DNA from: an uncultured Candidatus Saccharibacteria bacterium
GTDB taxonomy: Bacteria; Patescibacteriota; Minisyncoccia; Phycocordibacterales; 2-02-FULL-43-11
NCBI GenBank assembly: GCA_964348785.1
Contig: CAYGDO010000005.1
Coordinates: 1,188-65,187 of the forward strand
Reading direction: 5' to 3'
DNA: 64,000 nucleotides
Part shown: positions 19,698 through 28,574 of the stretch, one piece after another
How the letters are laid out: each line of letters begins with the position of its first letter
Numbering within the stretch: position 1 is the first letter of the stretch
The notes under the pieces: generated by a model
Databases searched by the model: none
The model's input: only the letters and a program-made list of their open reading frames with translations
Told to the model about the DNA's origin: nothing
Translations under genes and position numbers: made by a program

Positions 19698-20129
19698 ATG
19701 ATTTGTTTATTTTGTGAAAATACAGAAATACAGGAAAGAATTATATACGAGGATGATTTAGTTAAGATTTTTCCTACAAATATTCCTATTACTAGAGGAC
19801 ACATTTTAGTGTTACCAAAAAGGCATATTTCAAAAATTGATGAATTGAGTCAAGAGGAACTGTTTGCTATAAAAGATTGGATTGTAAAGATAAAAAATGT
19901 TTTGAAACAAACATTTGGTGCTGAAGGTTTTAATGTAGCTTTCAATGAAGGTGAATCAGCTGGGCAAAGCGTTCCACATCTACATATTCACATTGTGCCA
20001 AGAAAGAAAGGCGATACTGGAATTTATGAGTATGATCCTAGAAAGTTTTTATATAGACCTGGTTCACGGGCTGAATCGGAAGTCAAAGAACTTGAAGACG
20101 TCGCTACTTTAGTAAAAAATAATCTTTAA
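19698..20129 (+). CDS. HIT-family nucleotide hydrolase/transferase.
   Basis: Histidine triad VPHLHIHIVPR. N-terminal MICLFCEN... contains the zinc-binding CxxC typical of Hint proteins. The track start at 19623 is upstream; ATG at 19698. Confidence 0.8.
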   Translation: MICLFCENTEIQERIIYEDDLVKIFPTNIPITRGHILVLPKRHISKIDELSQEELFAIKDWIVKIKNVLKQTFGAEGFNVAFNEGESAGQSVPHLHIHIVPRKKGDTGIYEYDPRKFLYRPGSRAESEVKELEDVATLVKNNL

Positions 20130-20143
20130 CTGGACAAATAAAT

Positions 20144-20569
20144 ATGGAAAAGGAAAGACCAAAGGTTGGAACGGGAGTGATGATTAAGAGAGGTAATGAA
20201 GTACTTCTTGGTTTGAGAAAAAACTCTATGGGAGCAGGCGAATGGACTTTCCCAGGAGGCCATCTTGAAAATTTTGAGTCAATAGAAGATTGCGTGAAAA
20301 GGGAGGCGTTGGAAGAGTGTGGTGTTAAGATAAAAAATGTTAAATTTCAGTGCGTGGCCAATATTAGAAAATATCAAAAACATTACCTTATGATCGGTTT
20401 TGTCTCAGATTTGAAATCTGGAGACCCAAAACTTTTAGAACCGGACAAGTTTGAAAAATGGCAATGGTTTAATCTAAATAAATTACCAAAAAATCTTTTT
20501 GGTGGGACAAGTTATATTTTAAAATCTTATAAAGATAAAAAAATTTACTTTGATGGCAAGGGAATCTAA
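20144..20569 (+). CDS. NUDIX hydrolase.
   Basis: Nudix box GGHLENFESIEDCVKREALEECGV. Confidence 0.8.
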   Translation: MEKERPKVGTGVMIKRGNEVLLGLRKNSMGAGEWTFPGGHLENFESIEDCVKREALEECGVKIKNVKFQCVANIRKYQKHYLMIGFVSDLKSGDPKLLEPDKFEKWQWFNLNKLPKNLFGGTSYILKSYKDKKIYFDGKGI

Positions 20570-20858
20570 ATTGATTAGAGATAGAATTCTAGAAATCATT
20601 TTGAAAAAAGGTGGAAAGTGTTCTTTTCATATTGCCGATAAAAGAGAGTTTGAAAAAAGATTAAAGGATAAATTAAAAGAGGAGGTGGGTGAATTGTGTG
20701 AAAAATTAGATAAAGAAGAAATAGCAGATGTTTTTGAGGTTTTGGATACTATTTTAAAATTCAAAAAATACAAAAAAATAGATATTTTAAAAATTCAGCA
20801 GAAGAAAAGGAAGGAAAAAGGTGGTTTTGACAGGGGGATAGTTTTAGATAAATATTAG
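20553..20858 (+). CDS. MazG-like nucleoside triphosphate pyrophosphohydrolase (small all-alpha NTP-PPase).
   Basis: LKEEVGELCEKLDKEEIADVFEVLDTIL matches the MazG EExxE...E..D metal-binding helix pattern. About 100 aa. Confidence 0.5.
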   Translation: MARESKLIRDRILEIILKKGGKCSFHIADKREFEKRLKDKLKEEVGELCEKLDKEEIADVFEVLDTILKFKKYKKIDILKIQQKKRKEKGGFDRGIVLDKY

Positions 20859-20914
20859 CCTTATTGATTGATGATTGCAGATGGGTGACATCTCCAACGT
20901 TTAATCGTATTTAT

Positions 20915-21391
20915 ATGCATTTAGAAAAGGGAAAAAGAAAAGTTACTACTCTTGTGATGGTAAAAGATGGCAATAAACTTCTTTTGGGTATGAAAAAGAG
21001 AGGTTTTGGTAATGGAAAATGGAATGGTTTTGGTGGAAAAGTGGAAGTGGGAGAAAGCGTTGAAGAGGGCGCAAAGAGGGAACTTTTTGAGGAGTCAGGA
21101 CTTCGGGCAAAAAATTTAGTAAAAATTGGCGTCAATGAATTTTCGTGGAAAGGTAACGAGGATGCAATTTTAGAAGTTAATATTTTTAAAACAACAGATG
21201 TTGAGGGAAATTTGATTGAAACAGAGGAAATGTTACCCAAGTGGTTTTTTCTAGATGAGATTCCTTTTAAAGAGATGTGGATTGATGATATGTATTGGGT
21301 GCCATTATTTCTTGAAGGTAAAAATTTTAAAGGCAAATTTATTTTTGATGAGAATGATAAGATTTTGAGTTATTCTCTAAAAGAGGTGTAA
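20915..21391 (+). CDS. NUDIX hydrolase (MutT/8-oxo-dGTPase-like).
   Basis: Nudix box GGKVEVGESVEEGAKRELFEESGL. The track start at 20864 is a TTG; ATG at 20915. Confidence 0.8.
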   Translation: MHLEKGKRKVTTLVMVKDGNKLLLGMKKRGFGNGKWNGFGGKVEVGESVEEGAKRELFEESGLRAKNLVKIGVNEFSWKGNEDAILEVNIFKTTDVEGNLIETEEMLPKWFFLDEIPFKEMWIDDMYWVPLFLEGKNFKGKFIFDENDKILSYSLKEV

Positions 21392-21478
21392 ATTTTTATT
21401 GACTCTTTTATTATTGTTGTGCAAAATAGCTTGTATCAATTAATTTTTGATTTTTAATATTTAATTTTCCCTTTTCCT

Positions 21479-22693
21479 ATGTACCAACCACCAAAGAAAA
21501 TTTTAGAGAGATATGCTGATATTTTAGTCAATTACGCTCTTGGTGGTGGTAAGGGGATTAAAAAGGGTGAGGTTGTTCATTTGATAGCTTATGAGGTAGC
21601 TAAACCGCTTTATAGAGAACTAAAAATCGCTATTTTAAAGGCTGGTGGGCATGTTATAGGCGATTATAGGCCTGATAGTGGTGATAGATTTCCATTGGAT
21701 AGGGATTTTTTTGTAAACGCGAAAGATCACCAACTTGATTTTTTTCCAGAAAAATATGCTAAAGGATTAGTTGACCAGGTTGATCACAGTATTTTCGTTA
21801 TAAGTGAAGTAGATAAGCATGAGCTTGAAGATATTGATCCAAGAAAAATTATGAGAAGAGGGCTTGCTTGGAAGCCATATATGGATTGGAGGAATGAAAA
21901 AGAAAACAAAGGACGATACACCTGGACGCTTGCTCTTTATGGTACAGAAGCTGAAGCTAAAGAAGCAGGCCTTTCTTTTAAAGAATATTGGGGTCAGATT
22001 ATAAAAGCTTGTTTTTTGGACAAGGAAAATCCTATTGGTGAATGGAAAAAGGTTTATAAAGATTTAGAGAAAACCAGAGTTAAACTTAATAATTTGCCTA
22101 TAGAGAAATTGCACGTAAAAGGACCAGATGTTGATTTGTGGGTACATTTAGGAAATAAAAGAAGGTGGATGGGCGGTAGTGGCAGAAATATTCCAAGTTT
22201 TGAGTTATTTACTTCACCGGATTGGAGAGGGACAAATGGCTGGATTAGGTTTAATCAGCCGTTGTATAGATATGGTTCGCTTATAGAAGGCATAGAACTT
22301 CATTTTAAAGATGGTAAGGTTATTAAATCATCAGCCAAGAAAAATGAAAAAGTTCTTAAGGAAATGATACGGACCGCACATGCTGACAAAATAGGCGAAT
22401 TTTCTTTGACTGATAGGAGGTTTTCAAGGATTACAAAATTTATGGCTGAAACTTTGTTTGATGAAAATATTGGGGGTCCAAATGGCAATACTCATATAGC
22501 TCTTGGCAATTCTTATCATGATTGTTATATGGGAGATCCCGGAGAATTGTCTCCTGAAGATTGGGCAGAGTTAGGTTTCAATAATTCCTCAGTTCATACA
22601 GATATTATTTCTACTGCCCCTAGAGAAGTGACCGCTTATATGAAAGACGGCACGTCAAAAGTGATATATAAAGGTGGTTGTTTTTTACTTTAA
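21479..22693 (+). CDS. Aminopeptidase, M29 family (AmpS/PepS/aminopeptidase T-like).
   Basis: N-terminus LERYADILVNYALGGGKGIKKGEVVHLIAYEVAKPLYRELKIAILKAGGHVI is the typical M29 start. About 404 aa. Confidence 0.7.
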   Translation: MYQPPKKILERYADILVNYALGGGKGIKKGEVVHLIAYEVAKPLYRELKIAILKAGGHVIGDYRPDSGDRFPLDRDFFVNAKDHQLDFFPEKYAKGLVDQVDHSIFVISEVDKHELEDIDPRKIMRRGLAWKPYMDWRNEKENKGRYTWTLALYGTEAEAKEAGLSFKEYWGQIIKACFLDKENPIGEWKKVYKDLEKTRVKLNNLPIEKLHVKGPDVDLWVHLGNKRRWMGGSGRNIPSFELFTSPDWRGTNGWIRFNQPLYRYGSLIEGIELHFKDGKVIKSSAKKNEKVLKEMIRTAHADKIGEFSLTDRRFSRITKFMAETLFDENIGGPNGNTHIALGNSYHDCYMGDPGELSPEDWAELGFNNSSVHTDIISTAPREVTAYMKDGTSKVIYKGGCFLL

Positions 22694-22699
22694 ATTTTT

Positions 22700-23131
22700 A
22701 TGAAAATCGCTATTTGTGGTAGTTTGTCGTTTGCGGATAATATGGGAAAAGCTGGTGACTATTTAGAAACAATAGGTCATGAAGTTTTTGTACCTTTTAG
22801 CGCTGAAAAAATTTTGAAAGGTGAGTATTCTTTATCTGATATTGAAGACAAAAAGAATAGTGGTAATTTTAGCGCTATGGTTATTGAAAATGACGCTATA
22901 AGAAAATGGTTTGGGGTTATAAAAAATTCTGATTCTGTTTTGGTTTTAAATTATGATAAAAAAGGAATTAAAAATTACGTAGGAGGCAACGCTTTTTTAG
23001 AGATAGGGTTTGCTCATGTTTTAAATAAGAAAATTTTTCTTTTGAACCCCATACCGGAAATTTCATACAGAGATGAAATTTTGTCTATGAAACCTTTTAT
23101 TTTAAATGGTAATTTGGATTTGATATCGTGA
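22700..23131 (+). CDS. Nucleoside 2-deoxyribosyltransferase-like protein (PF05014-like).
   Basis: MKIAICGSLSF...GNAFLEIGFAHVLNKKIFLL resembles the NDT fold, with a C-terminal catalytic Glu in the ElG context. Assignment recalled from memory. Confidence 0.45.
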   Translation: MKIAICGSLSFADNMGKAGDYLETIGHEVFVPFSAEKILKGEYSLSDIEDKKNSGNFSAMVIENDAIRKWFGVIKNSDSVLVLNYDKKGIKNYVGGNAFLEIGFAHVLNKKIFLLNPIPEISYRDEILSMKPFILNGNLDLIS

Positions 23132-23135
23132 TTTT

Positions 23136-23567
23136 ATGTCTAAGGGTAATCAATCAATAAATATTGCTATCATATATTTTTGTCATGACGGGGCGGGTAA
23201 TTATTTATTTAATAAAAGAAGTAAAAATTGTAGAGATGAGGTTGGGCGATGGGATTGTGGCGGTGGCAAATTGGAATTTGGTGAACGGGTTGAGGACTGC
23301 CTCAGGAAAGAATTGAGTGAAGAATATTGTATAAAACCAATTAAATCCGAATTTTTAGGGTTTAGAGACGTGCATAGAAAAAATAGAGGTTTGAAAACTC
23401 ATTGGGTGGCTTTGGATTTTAGAGTTTTGGTAGATAGAAATAAGGTCAAAAATGGTGAACCACATAAATTTGATGAGATATGCTGGTTTAAGATAAATAA
23501 ATTGCCTAAAAAATTACACTCCCAAGTGCCTCTAAGCTTAAAAAAATATAGGAGAATATTGAAATAG
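23136..23567 (+). CDS. NUDIX hydrolase.
   Basis: Nudix-like box CGGGKLEFGERVEDCLRKELSEEYCI. Confidence 0.7.
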   Translation: MSKGNQSINIAIIYFCHDGAGNYLFNKRSKNCRDEVGRWDCGGGKLEFGERVEDCLRKELSEEYCIKPIKSEFLGFRDVHRKNRGLKTHWVALDFRVLVDRNKVKNGEPHKFDEICWFKINKLPKKLHSQVPLSLKKYRRILK

Positions 23568-23630
23568 TACTATTTGTTGTTTTGTGTTTAGTCGTTTAAT
23601 ATAGAGCTATAAACTAATTATATTTACTTT

Positions 23631-24011
23631 ATGAAGAAACTATTAAGCTTTTTTGATAAATTAGAAGACCACGTAAGGGGATTTTTAAGTCACTATCCAA
23701 TGCTTTACGCCATTATAGGAGGATTTGCCATAGTTATATTTTGGAGAGGTGTTTGGGAGACAGCTGATATTATGCATTTGTCAGCTCCGTGGTCAATTGT
23801 AGGTAGTTCTCTGGTTATGATGGTTACAGGTCTTTTTGTTTCCTTTTTCATTGGAGATCGGGTGATTCTTTCAGGCTTAAAAAATGAAAAGAAAGCTATA
23901 GAAAGAACTGGAGAAGAAGTTGAGGAAGAGGAAACTTTGATTAAGAAAGTTCTAAGTAAATTAGAAAAAATGGAAAATGAGTTGTCCGAGATAAAAAGTA
24001 AGATTAAATGA
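23631..24011 (+). CDS. Small membrane protein with a C-terminal coiled-coil/acidic tail.
   Basis: Two predicted TM helices (YAIIGGFAIVIFW; VGSSLVMMVTGLFVSFFIG), then a charged helical tail. Confidence 0.45.
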   Translation: MKKLLSFFDKLEDHVRGFLSHYPMLYAIIGGFAIVIFWRGVWETADIMHLSAPWSIVGSSLVMMVTGLFVSFFIGDRVILSGLKNEKKAIERTGEEVEEEETLIKKVLSKLEKMENELSEIKSKIK

Positions 24012-24544
24012 TTTCTGAAAAAGTAAAAATTAGTATTGTGCTTGGAACAGGTAGGCAGGGCAGATTTTCTGAAAAAGTTTTTAAATTTGTATTTGACGAA
24101 GTCTCTAAAGATAAGCGTTTTGAAGTTCAATCTGTGGACGTCCGGGATTTTGTTTTTGGTGTTACTGATGATTCTAAAAAGAGTGATTTAGCTTTGAAGT
24201 GGAAAAATATTGTTTTGTCTTCTCATGCTTTTTTGTTTGTATCTCCAGAATATAACAGAAGTTATCCTGGAGAATTAAAAATATTGATTGATTCTTTATT
24301 TGAGGAATATAAAGGGAAGGTGGCGGGTATTTGTGGAGTATCTTCTGGTGGTTTTGGAGGAGTAAGGATGGTTGAAAAATTAAAATCGCTGTTTTTGGTT
24401 TTAGGCATAAGGCCGGTTTCAACAGATATAAATATCTCTTTTGTAGAAAAAGAATTTGGCGAGAACGATATTCCTAATAATGCTTCTCTTTATTCTAAAA
24501 AAATAAATGACACTCTTGACGAGATTGTGGAAATTTTAAATTGA
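24008..24544 (+). CDS. NADPH-dependent FMN reductase-like flavoprotein (flavodoxin-like fold).
   Basis: KISIVLGTGRQGRFSEKV... and FVSPEYNRSYPGELK resemble PF03358. Confidence 0.5.
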   Translation: MISEKVKISIVLGTGRQGRFSEKVFKFVFDEVSKDKRFEVQSVDVRDFVFGVTDDSKKSDLALKWKNIVLSSHAFLFVSPEYNRSYPGELKILIDSLFEEYKGKVAGICGVSSGGFGGVRMVEKLKSLFLVLGIRPVSTDINISFVEKEFGENDIPNNASLYSKKINDTLDEIVEILN

Positions 24545-24549
24545 ATTTT

Positions 24550-25440
24550 ATGAAGAAAATTATTACTCATAATGGTAAGTTTCATTCTGACGATGTTTTT
24601 GCTGTTGCCACTATCTCCATTTTCTTTGGCGCTGATAGTATTGAAATAATTAGAACTAGAGATGAAAAAGTAATTGAGCAAGGGGATATTATTGCTGATG
24701 TTGGAGGTAAATATGATGGAGAAAGATTTTTTGATCATCATCAAAAAGGTGGTGCCGGAATAAGGGAAAACGGCATACCCTACGCTTCTTTTGGTTTGGT
24801 TTGGAAAAGATTTGGTGAACAAATCTGTAATTCAAAATCAGTGTTTAATTTTATTGATAGCAATTTGGTGCAATTTATTGATGCCGGAGACTCCGGTTTA
24901 GGAGAAGCGAAACCGTTTTTCAAAGAAGTGGTTCCTTTTTCCGTGGTTGACGCGATTAATATTTTGAACCAAGAGAGAACATCTAAAGATGAGGACGATT
25001 TAATCGTTTTTGAGGATGCTGTATCGTTCGCTGGAAGGATATTAAGAGATCTAATTAGGTATGCTACAAAATTTTTTGAAGATAAAAAGACTGTAATTGA
25101 AATTTATGAAAAAACCGAAGATAAACGATTGTTGGTTTTTGAAGATAATTACGACTGGCAAGAAGTTCTTGGCGACTATAAGGAAGTTTTGTATGTTGTT
25201 GAGCCGGATGATAAAAAATTACCAAATCATAATTGGCGACTGAGTTGTGTGAGAGCTCAAAAGAATTCTTTTATTAATCGGAAAGATTTACCGAAAGAAT
25301 GGGCGGGTCTCCGAGATGAGGATTTGGCAAAAGCATCTGGAGTTTCGGATGCTGTCTTCTGTCACAATATGCTTTTTATGGCTATAGCCAAAAGTAAGGA
25401 TGGAATTTTAAAAATGGCGGAAAAGGCATTATTGCGTTAA
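24550..25440 (+). CDS. MYG1/UPF0160-family metal-dependent hydrolase.
   Basis: N-terminus ITHNGKFHSDDVFA matches the conserved MYG1 start (THxGxFHADE). The track start at 24541 is a TTG. Confidence 0.65.
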   Translation: MKKIITHNGKFHSDDVFAVATISIFFGADSIEIIRTRDEKVIEQGDIIADVGGKYDGERFFDHHQKGGAGIRENGIPYASFGLVWKRFGEQICNSKSVFNFIDSNLVQFIDAGDSGLGEAKPFFKEVVPFSVVDAINILNQERTSKDEDDLIVFEDAVSFAGRILRDLIRYATKFFEDKKTVIEIYEKTEDKRLLVFEDNYDWQEVLGDYKEVLYVVEPDDKKLPNHNWRLSCVRAQKNSFINRKDLPKEWAGLRDEDLAKASGVSDAVFCHNMLFMAIAKSKDGILKMAEKALLR

Positions 25441-25451
25441 AGTGTTAAATA

Positions 25452-26423
25452 ATGTTAATAGATGAAGTAATAATAAATTTAACCTCTGGTAAGGGTGGAG
25501 ATGGGGTGGTCAGGTGGCTTCATGAGAAGGGCAAGGAATTTTCTGGTCCAGCTGGGGGTAATGGTGGTAAGGGTGGAAATGTTTTTATAACTGCCATTAG
25601 GGATATAAGCGCACTTTCTCGTTTTAGGGCTGAGAAAAAATTTGAAGCAGGAAGGGGTGATGAGGGTGGCAGTTTCGGAATGCACGGAAAAGATGGCAGT
25701 GATTTGCTTATTAAAGTTCCGATTGGTTCAATTGTAACTAATTCGGATACTGGAAAGGTTTACGAATTTTTAAAAGAGGAGGATAAAATTTTGGCTATAC
25801 CTGGAGGATTGGGAGGAAAGGGAAATAAAAATTTTAAGAGCGCTACCAATACTCGTCCCGAGGAATCTACAAAAGGAAAGCCTGGTTACAGTGCTGATTT
25901 TAAAATTGAACTTCGTCTGATTGCTGACGTGGGTTTTATCGGATTACCAAATGCTGGTAAAACTAGTTTATTAAATGCTCTTACAAATTCTAAGGCTCGT
26001 GTTGCCGATTATCCATTTACGACACTCGAACCAAATCTTGGTAGTTTGTACGGTATGATTTTGGCTGATATCCCAGGCCTTATTGAAGGAGCTTCAGAAG
26101 GGAAAGGTATCGGAGATAAGTTTTTAAGACACATCAGCAGAACCAGTTTAATTGTCCACTGTATTGCTTTAGATAGTGGAGACCTTTTTGGTGATTATGA
26201 AGTCATTCGTAAAGAATTACTTGATTACGATAAAACCCTTTGTGATAAAGAAGAAATTATCGTTTTAACGAAAACTGACAAGGTTTCTTCGGATGTAATC
26301 AAAAACGCTATAAAATTGTTTAAAAAAACAAAGAATAAAGTATTAACAGTATCGATCCTTGAGGACGGATCTATCAAAGAGTTGTCTGACTATTTATCAT
26401 CAGAGTTTAGTAAAAAGATTTAA
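25452..26423 (+). CDS. obg: GTPase Obg/CgtA.
   Basis: Gly-rich Obg fold GKGGDGVVRWLHEKGKEFSGPAGGNGGKGGNV. G-domain G1 GLPNAGKTSL, G2 YPFTTLEPNLG, G3 DIPGLIEG, G4 TKTD. Confidence 0.9.
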   Translation: MLIDEVIINLTSGKGGDGVVRWLHEKGKEFSGPAGGNGGKGGNVFITAIRDISALSRFRAEKKFEAGRGDEGGSFGMHGKDGSDLLIKVPIGSIVTNSDTGKVYEFLKEEDKILAIPGGLGGKGNKNFKSATNTRPEESTKGKPGYSADFKIELRLIADVGFIGLPNAGKTSLLNALTNSKARVADYPFTTLEPNLGSLYGMILADIPGLIEGASEGKGIGDKFLRHISRTSLIVHCIALDSGDLFGDYEVIRKELLDYDKTLCDKEEIIVLTKTDKVSSDVIKNAIKLFKKTKNKVLTVSILEDGSIKELSDYLSSEFSKKI

Positions 26424-26472
26424 ACATTCTATTCCTTGATTAAGCTATAAAAATTGTTAAACTTTTTAAGTT

Positions 26473-27879
26473 ATGGGGTATAAACCAACTATTGGGCTCG
26501 AAATACATGCGGAGTTAAAAACATCATCAAAGATGTTTTGTTCTTGTAAGAATGACCCTTTTAATAGCGAACCGAATGCAAATATTTGCCCAATTTGTAC
26601 TGGTCATCCGGGCACGCTACCTGTCGCTAATATGGAAGCCATAAGAAGTGTTTTAAAAGTTGGAGTTGCAATAGACGGTAAATTGGCTGATTTTAGTGAG
26701 TTTGATAGGAAAAATTATTTTTATCCGGACATACCAAAAGGTTATCAGATTAGTCAGTATAAATATCCTCTTGTTTCCGGCGGTTCAATAAATGGTATTC
26801 AAATAACTAGAATTCATATTGAAGAAGACACAGGTACATCACTTCATGAAGAGGGAGATTATTCTCTAGTTGATTTTAATAGAGCGGGTGTTCCTCTTAT
26901 GGAACTTGTTACCGAACCAGTGATTCACAGCGCTGAAGACGCTTCATCTTTTGCAAAAGAATTACAACTGATATTGCGCTATCTTGGTGTATCAGATGCC
27001 AATATGGAAAAAGGGGAGATGAGAGTAGAAGCAAATATTTCCATTAGCGACACAGATAAGTTTGGCACCAAAGTTGAAGTAAAAAATTTAAATTCTTTTA
27101 AAGCTGTAGAAAAAGCTATCCAGTATGAATTAAAAAGACAAGAAGAAGTTTTGGAAGCGGGGGAGAAGGTTGTTCAGGAAACAAGAGGATGGGATGAAAA
27201 TAAACAAAGAACTTTTTCTCAAAGAAAGAAAGAAGAATCTCACGACTATAGATATTTTCCAGAACCAGATTTACCCAAATTAAAACTTAGTGAGTTGGAG
27301 TGGGCCAGTCCTGAAAATTTGAAAAAAGAATTACCTGAATTACCAAAAGAAAAAAGAGATCGTTACACCAAAAATTTTGGAATTAAAATTGAAGATGTAG
27401 ATTTTTATATTAACGATTCTAGTCTATCAAAAGTTTTTGAAGAGGGAGTTAATAATTTAAAAACTAAAGAAGAATTTTCTTTATTATCAAATTATATAAT
27501 TTCCGATCTTGCTGGTTTGTTAAAAAATGGAGCAAGTCTCGATAAAATTTCTGGCAAAAAAATGTCCGAAATTGTTAGGATGATAGGCGAGGGTAAATTG
27601 TCTTCAAGGGGTGCAAAGGACGTACTTTCTAAGATGGTTTTGGATGGTAAAGAACCTGAAGAAATTGCGAAAGATTTGGGGGTTATACAGGTCTCTGATG
27701 AGGGAGCAATTAAGGCAATTGTGGCGAAGGTTTTAGATGCTAATAAAAAGGTGGTTGAGGATTATAAGTCTGGAAAAGGTCCGGCTCTTCAGTACCTAAT
27801 CGGGCAGGTTATGAAAGAGTCTAAAGGATCTGCAAAACCAGATTTGGTAAAGAATATAATCACCAGTTTGCTATCTTAA
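26473..27879 (+). CDS. gatB: Aspartyl/glutamyl-tRNA(Asn/Gln) amidotransferase subunit B.
   Basis: N-terminus YKPTIGLEIHAELKTSSKMFCSC...NANICPICTGHPG and the C-terminal GatB/YqeY domain. Confidence 0.92.
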   Translation: MGYKPTIGLEIHAELKTSSKMFCSCKNDPFNSEPNANICPICTGHPGTLPVANMEAIRSVLKVGVAIDGKLADFSEFDRKNYFYPDIPKGYQISQYKYPLVSGGSINGIQITRIHIEEDTGTSLHEEGDYSLVDFNRAGVPLMELVTEPVIHSAEDASSFAKELQLILRYLGVSDANMEKGEMRVEANISISDTDKFGTKVEVKNLNSFKAVEKAIQYELKRQEEVLEAGEKVVQETRGWDENKQRTFSQRKKEESHDYRYFPEPDLPKLKLSELEWASPENLKKELPELPKEKRDRYTKNFGIKIEDVDFYINDSSLSKVFEEGVNNLKTKEEFSLLSNYIISDLAGLLKNGASLDKISGKKMSEIVRMIGEGKLSSRGAKDVLSKMVLDGKEPEEIAKDLGVIQVSDEGAIKAIVAKVLDANKKVVEDYKSGKGPALQYLIGQVMKESKGSAKPDLVKNIITSLLS

Positions 27880-27906
27880 ATTTATATTAACGTTTTTTAG
27901 GTTTTT

Positions 27907-27937
27907 AAAAAGCTAGGTTGTGAAACCTAGCTTTTTA
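27907..27937 (+). terminator. Rho-independent terminator after gatB.
   Basis: AAAAAGCTAGGTT-GTGA-AACCTAGCTTTTT: a 9-bp stem with flanking A/T tracts, probably bidirectional. Confidence 0.7.
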
Positions 27938-27958
27938 ATATTTAATTCAATTAAGATG

Positions 27959-27997
27959 CTAGCCGAGATGCCTTGTTAAATAAGGCTATCTCGGCTA
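27959..27997. repeat. Nested perfect inverted repeat (TAGCCGAGAT-GCCTTgttaaatAAGGC-ATCTCGGCTA) with no T-tract.
   Basis: A 10-bp outer stem encloses a 5-bp inner stem. It lies in the 690-bp non-coding region upstream of the giant gene. Confidence 0.4.
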
Positions 27998-28574
27998 TGA
28001 AACATATATCTTTTAAGGATTTATATTTTGGGTTTCATACAAAAGGAGGAAAAGTTTTTAAATTTATCTCATGAATCCAAAGGTGCTTTTTCTGTTTTAT
28101 TATCGATGTTATTCAAACACCTTCCTCCGGAACTATTTTTAAATTGATAAAGTCTAAATAGCACCAACCTTTAATTTTGTAGGCCGTAAAACCACGCATA
28201 ATGCCTCAAGATGGCCTTTTCGAATGTGTTTATGGATCCGTTTTGGCTTACCGGTAGAGAGTTATCGCAATCCTTTGTTTTTAATGCCCCGAAACTTTAG
28301 CTATCGTTAGAATTAAGGCCTGTTTTTTTATGGGTTTTAGGACTTATGGGGTAACTGTTTGGGGTAATTAATTTTTTGCTAAAAAATATGAATTTTTGGC
28401 TCATTTTTGGTCTAGTTTTTTGGGGGCGTGCTACGAGTTTGTAATTTTCAATTTATTGACAATATCGGATATCCGAGATGGCCTTATTTATACACAGTTT
28501 TGCTATTAATCTCGGGCTCTATAAGAGGTATAATTTATGTACTTAAGAAATCTTTTTCCAATATATAAATAATA

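Noticed and set aside
27880-28574. tRNA, tmRNA, RNase P or SRP RNA in the long intergenic regions (also 15872-16199)
   Set aside because: No GGTTCGAATCC-type T-loop, no tmRNA or RNase P consensus boxes, and no cloverleaf could be recognised by eye. Only hairpins, terminators and promoter-like boxes were found. A covariance-model scan would be needed to exclude small RNAs.
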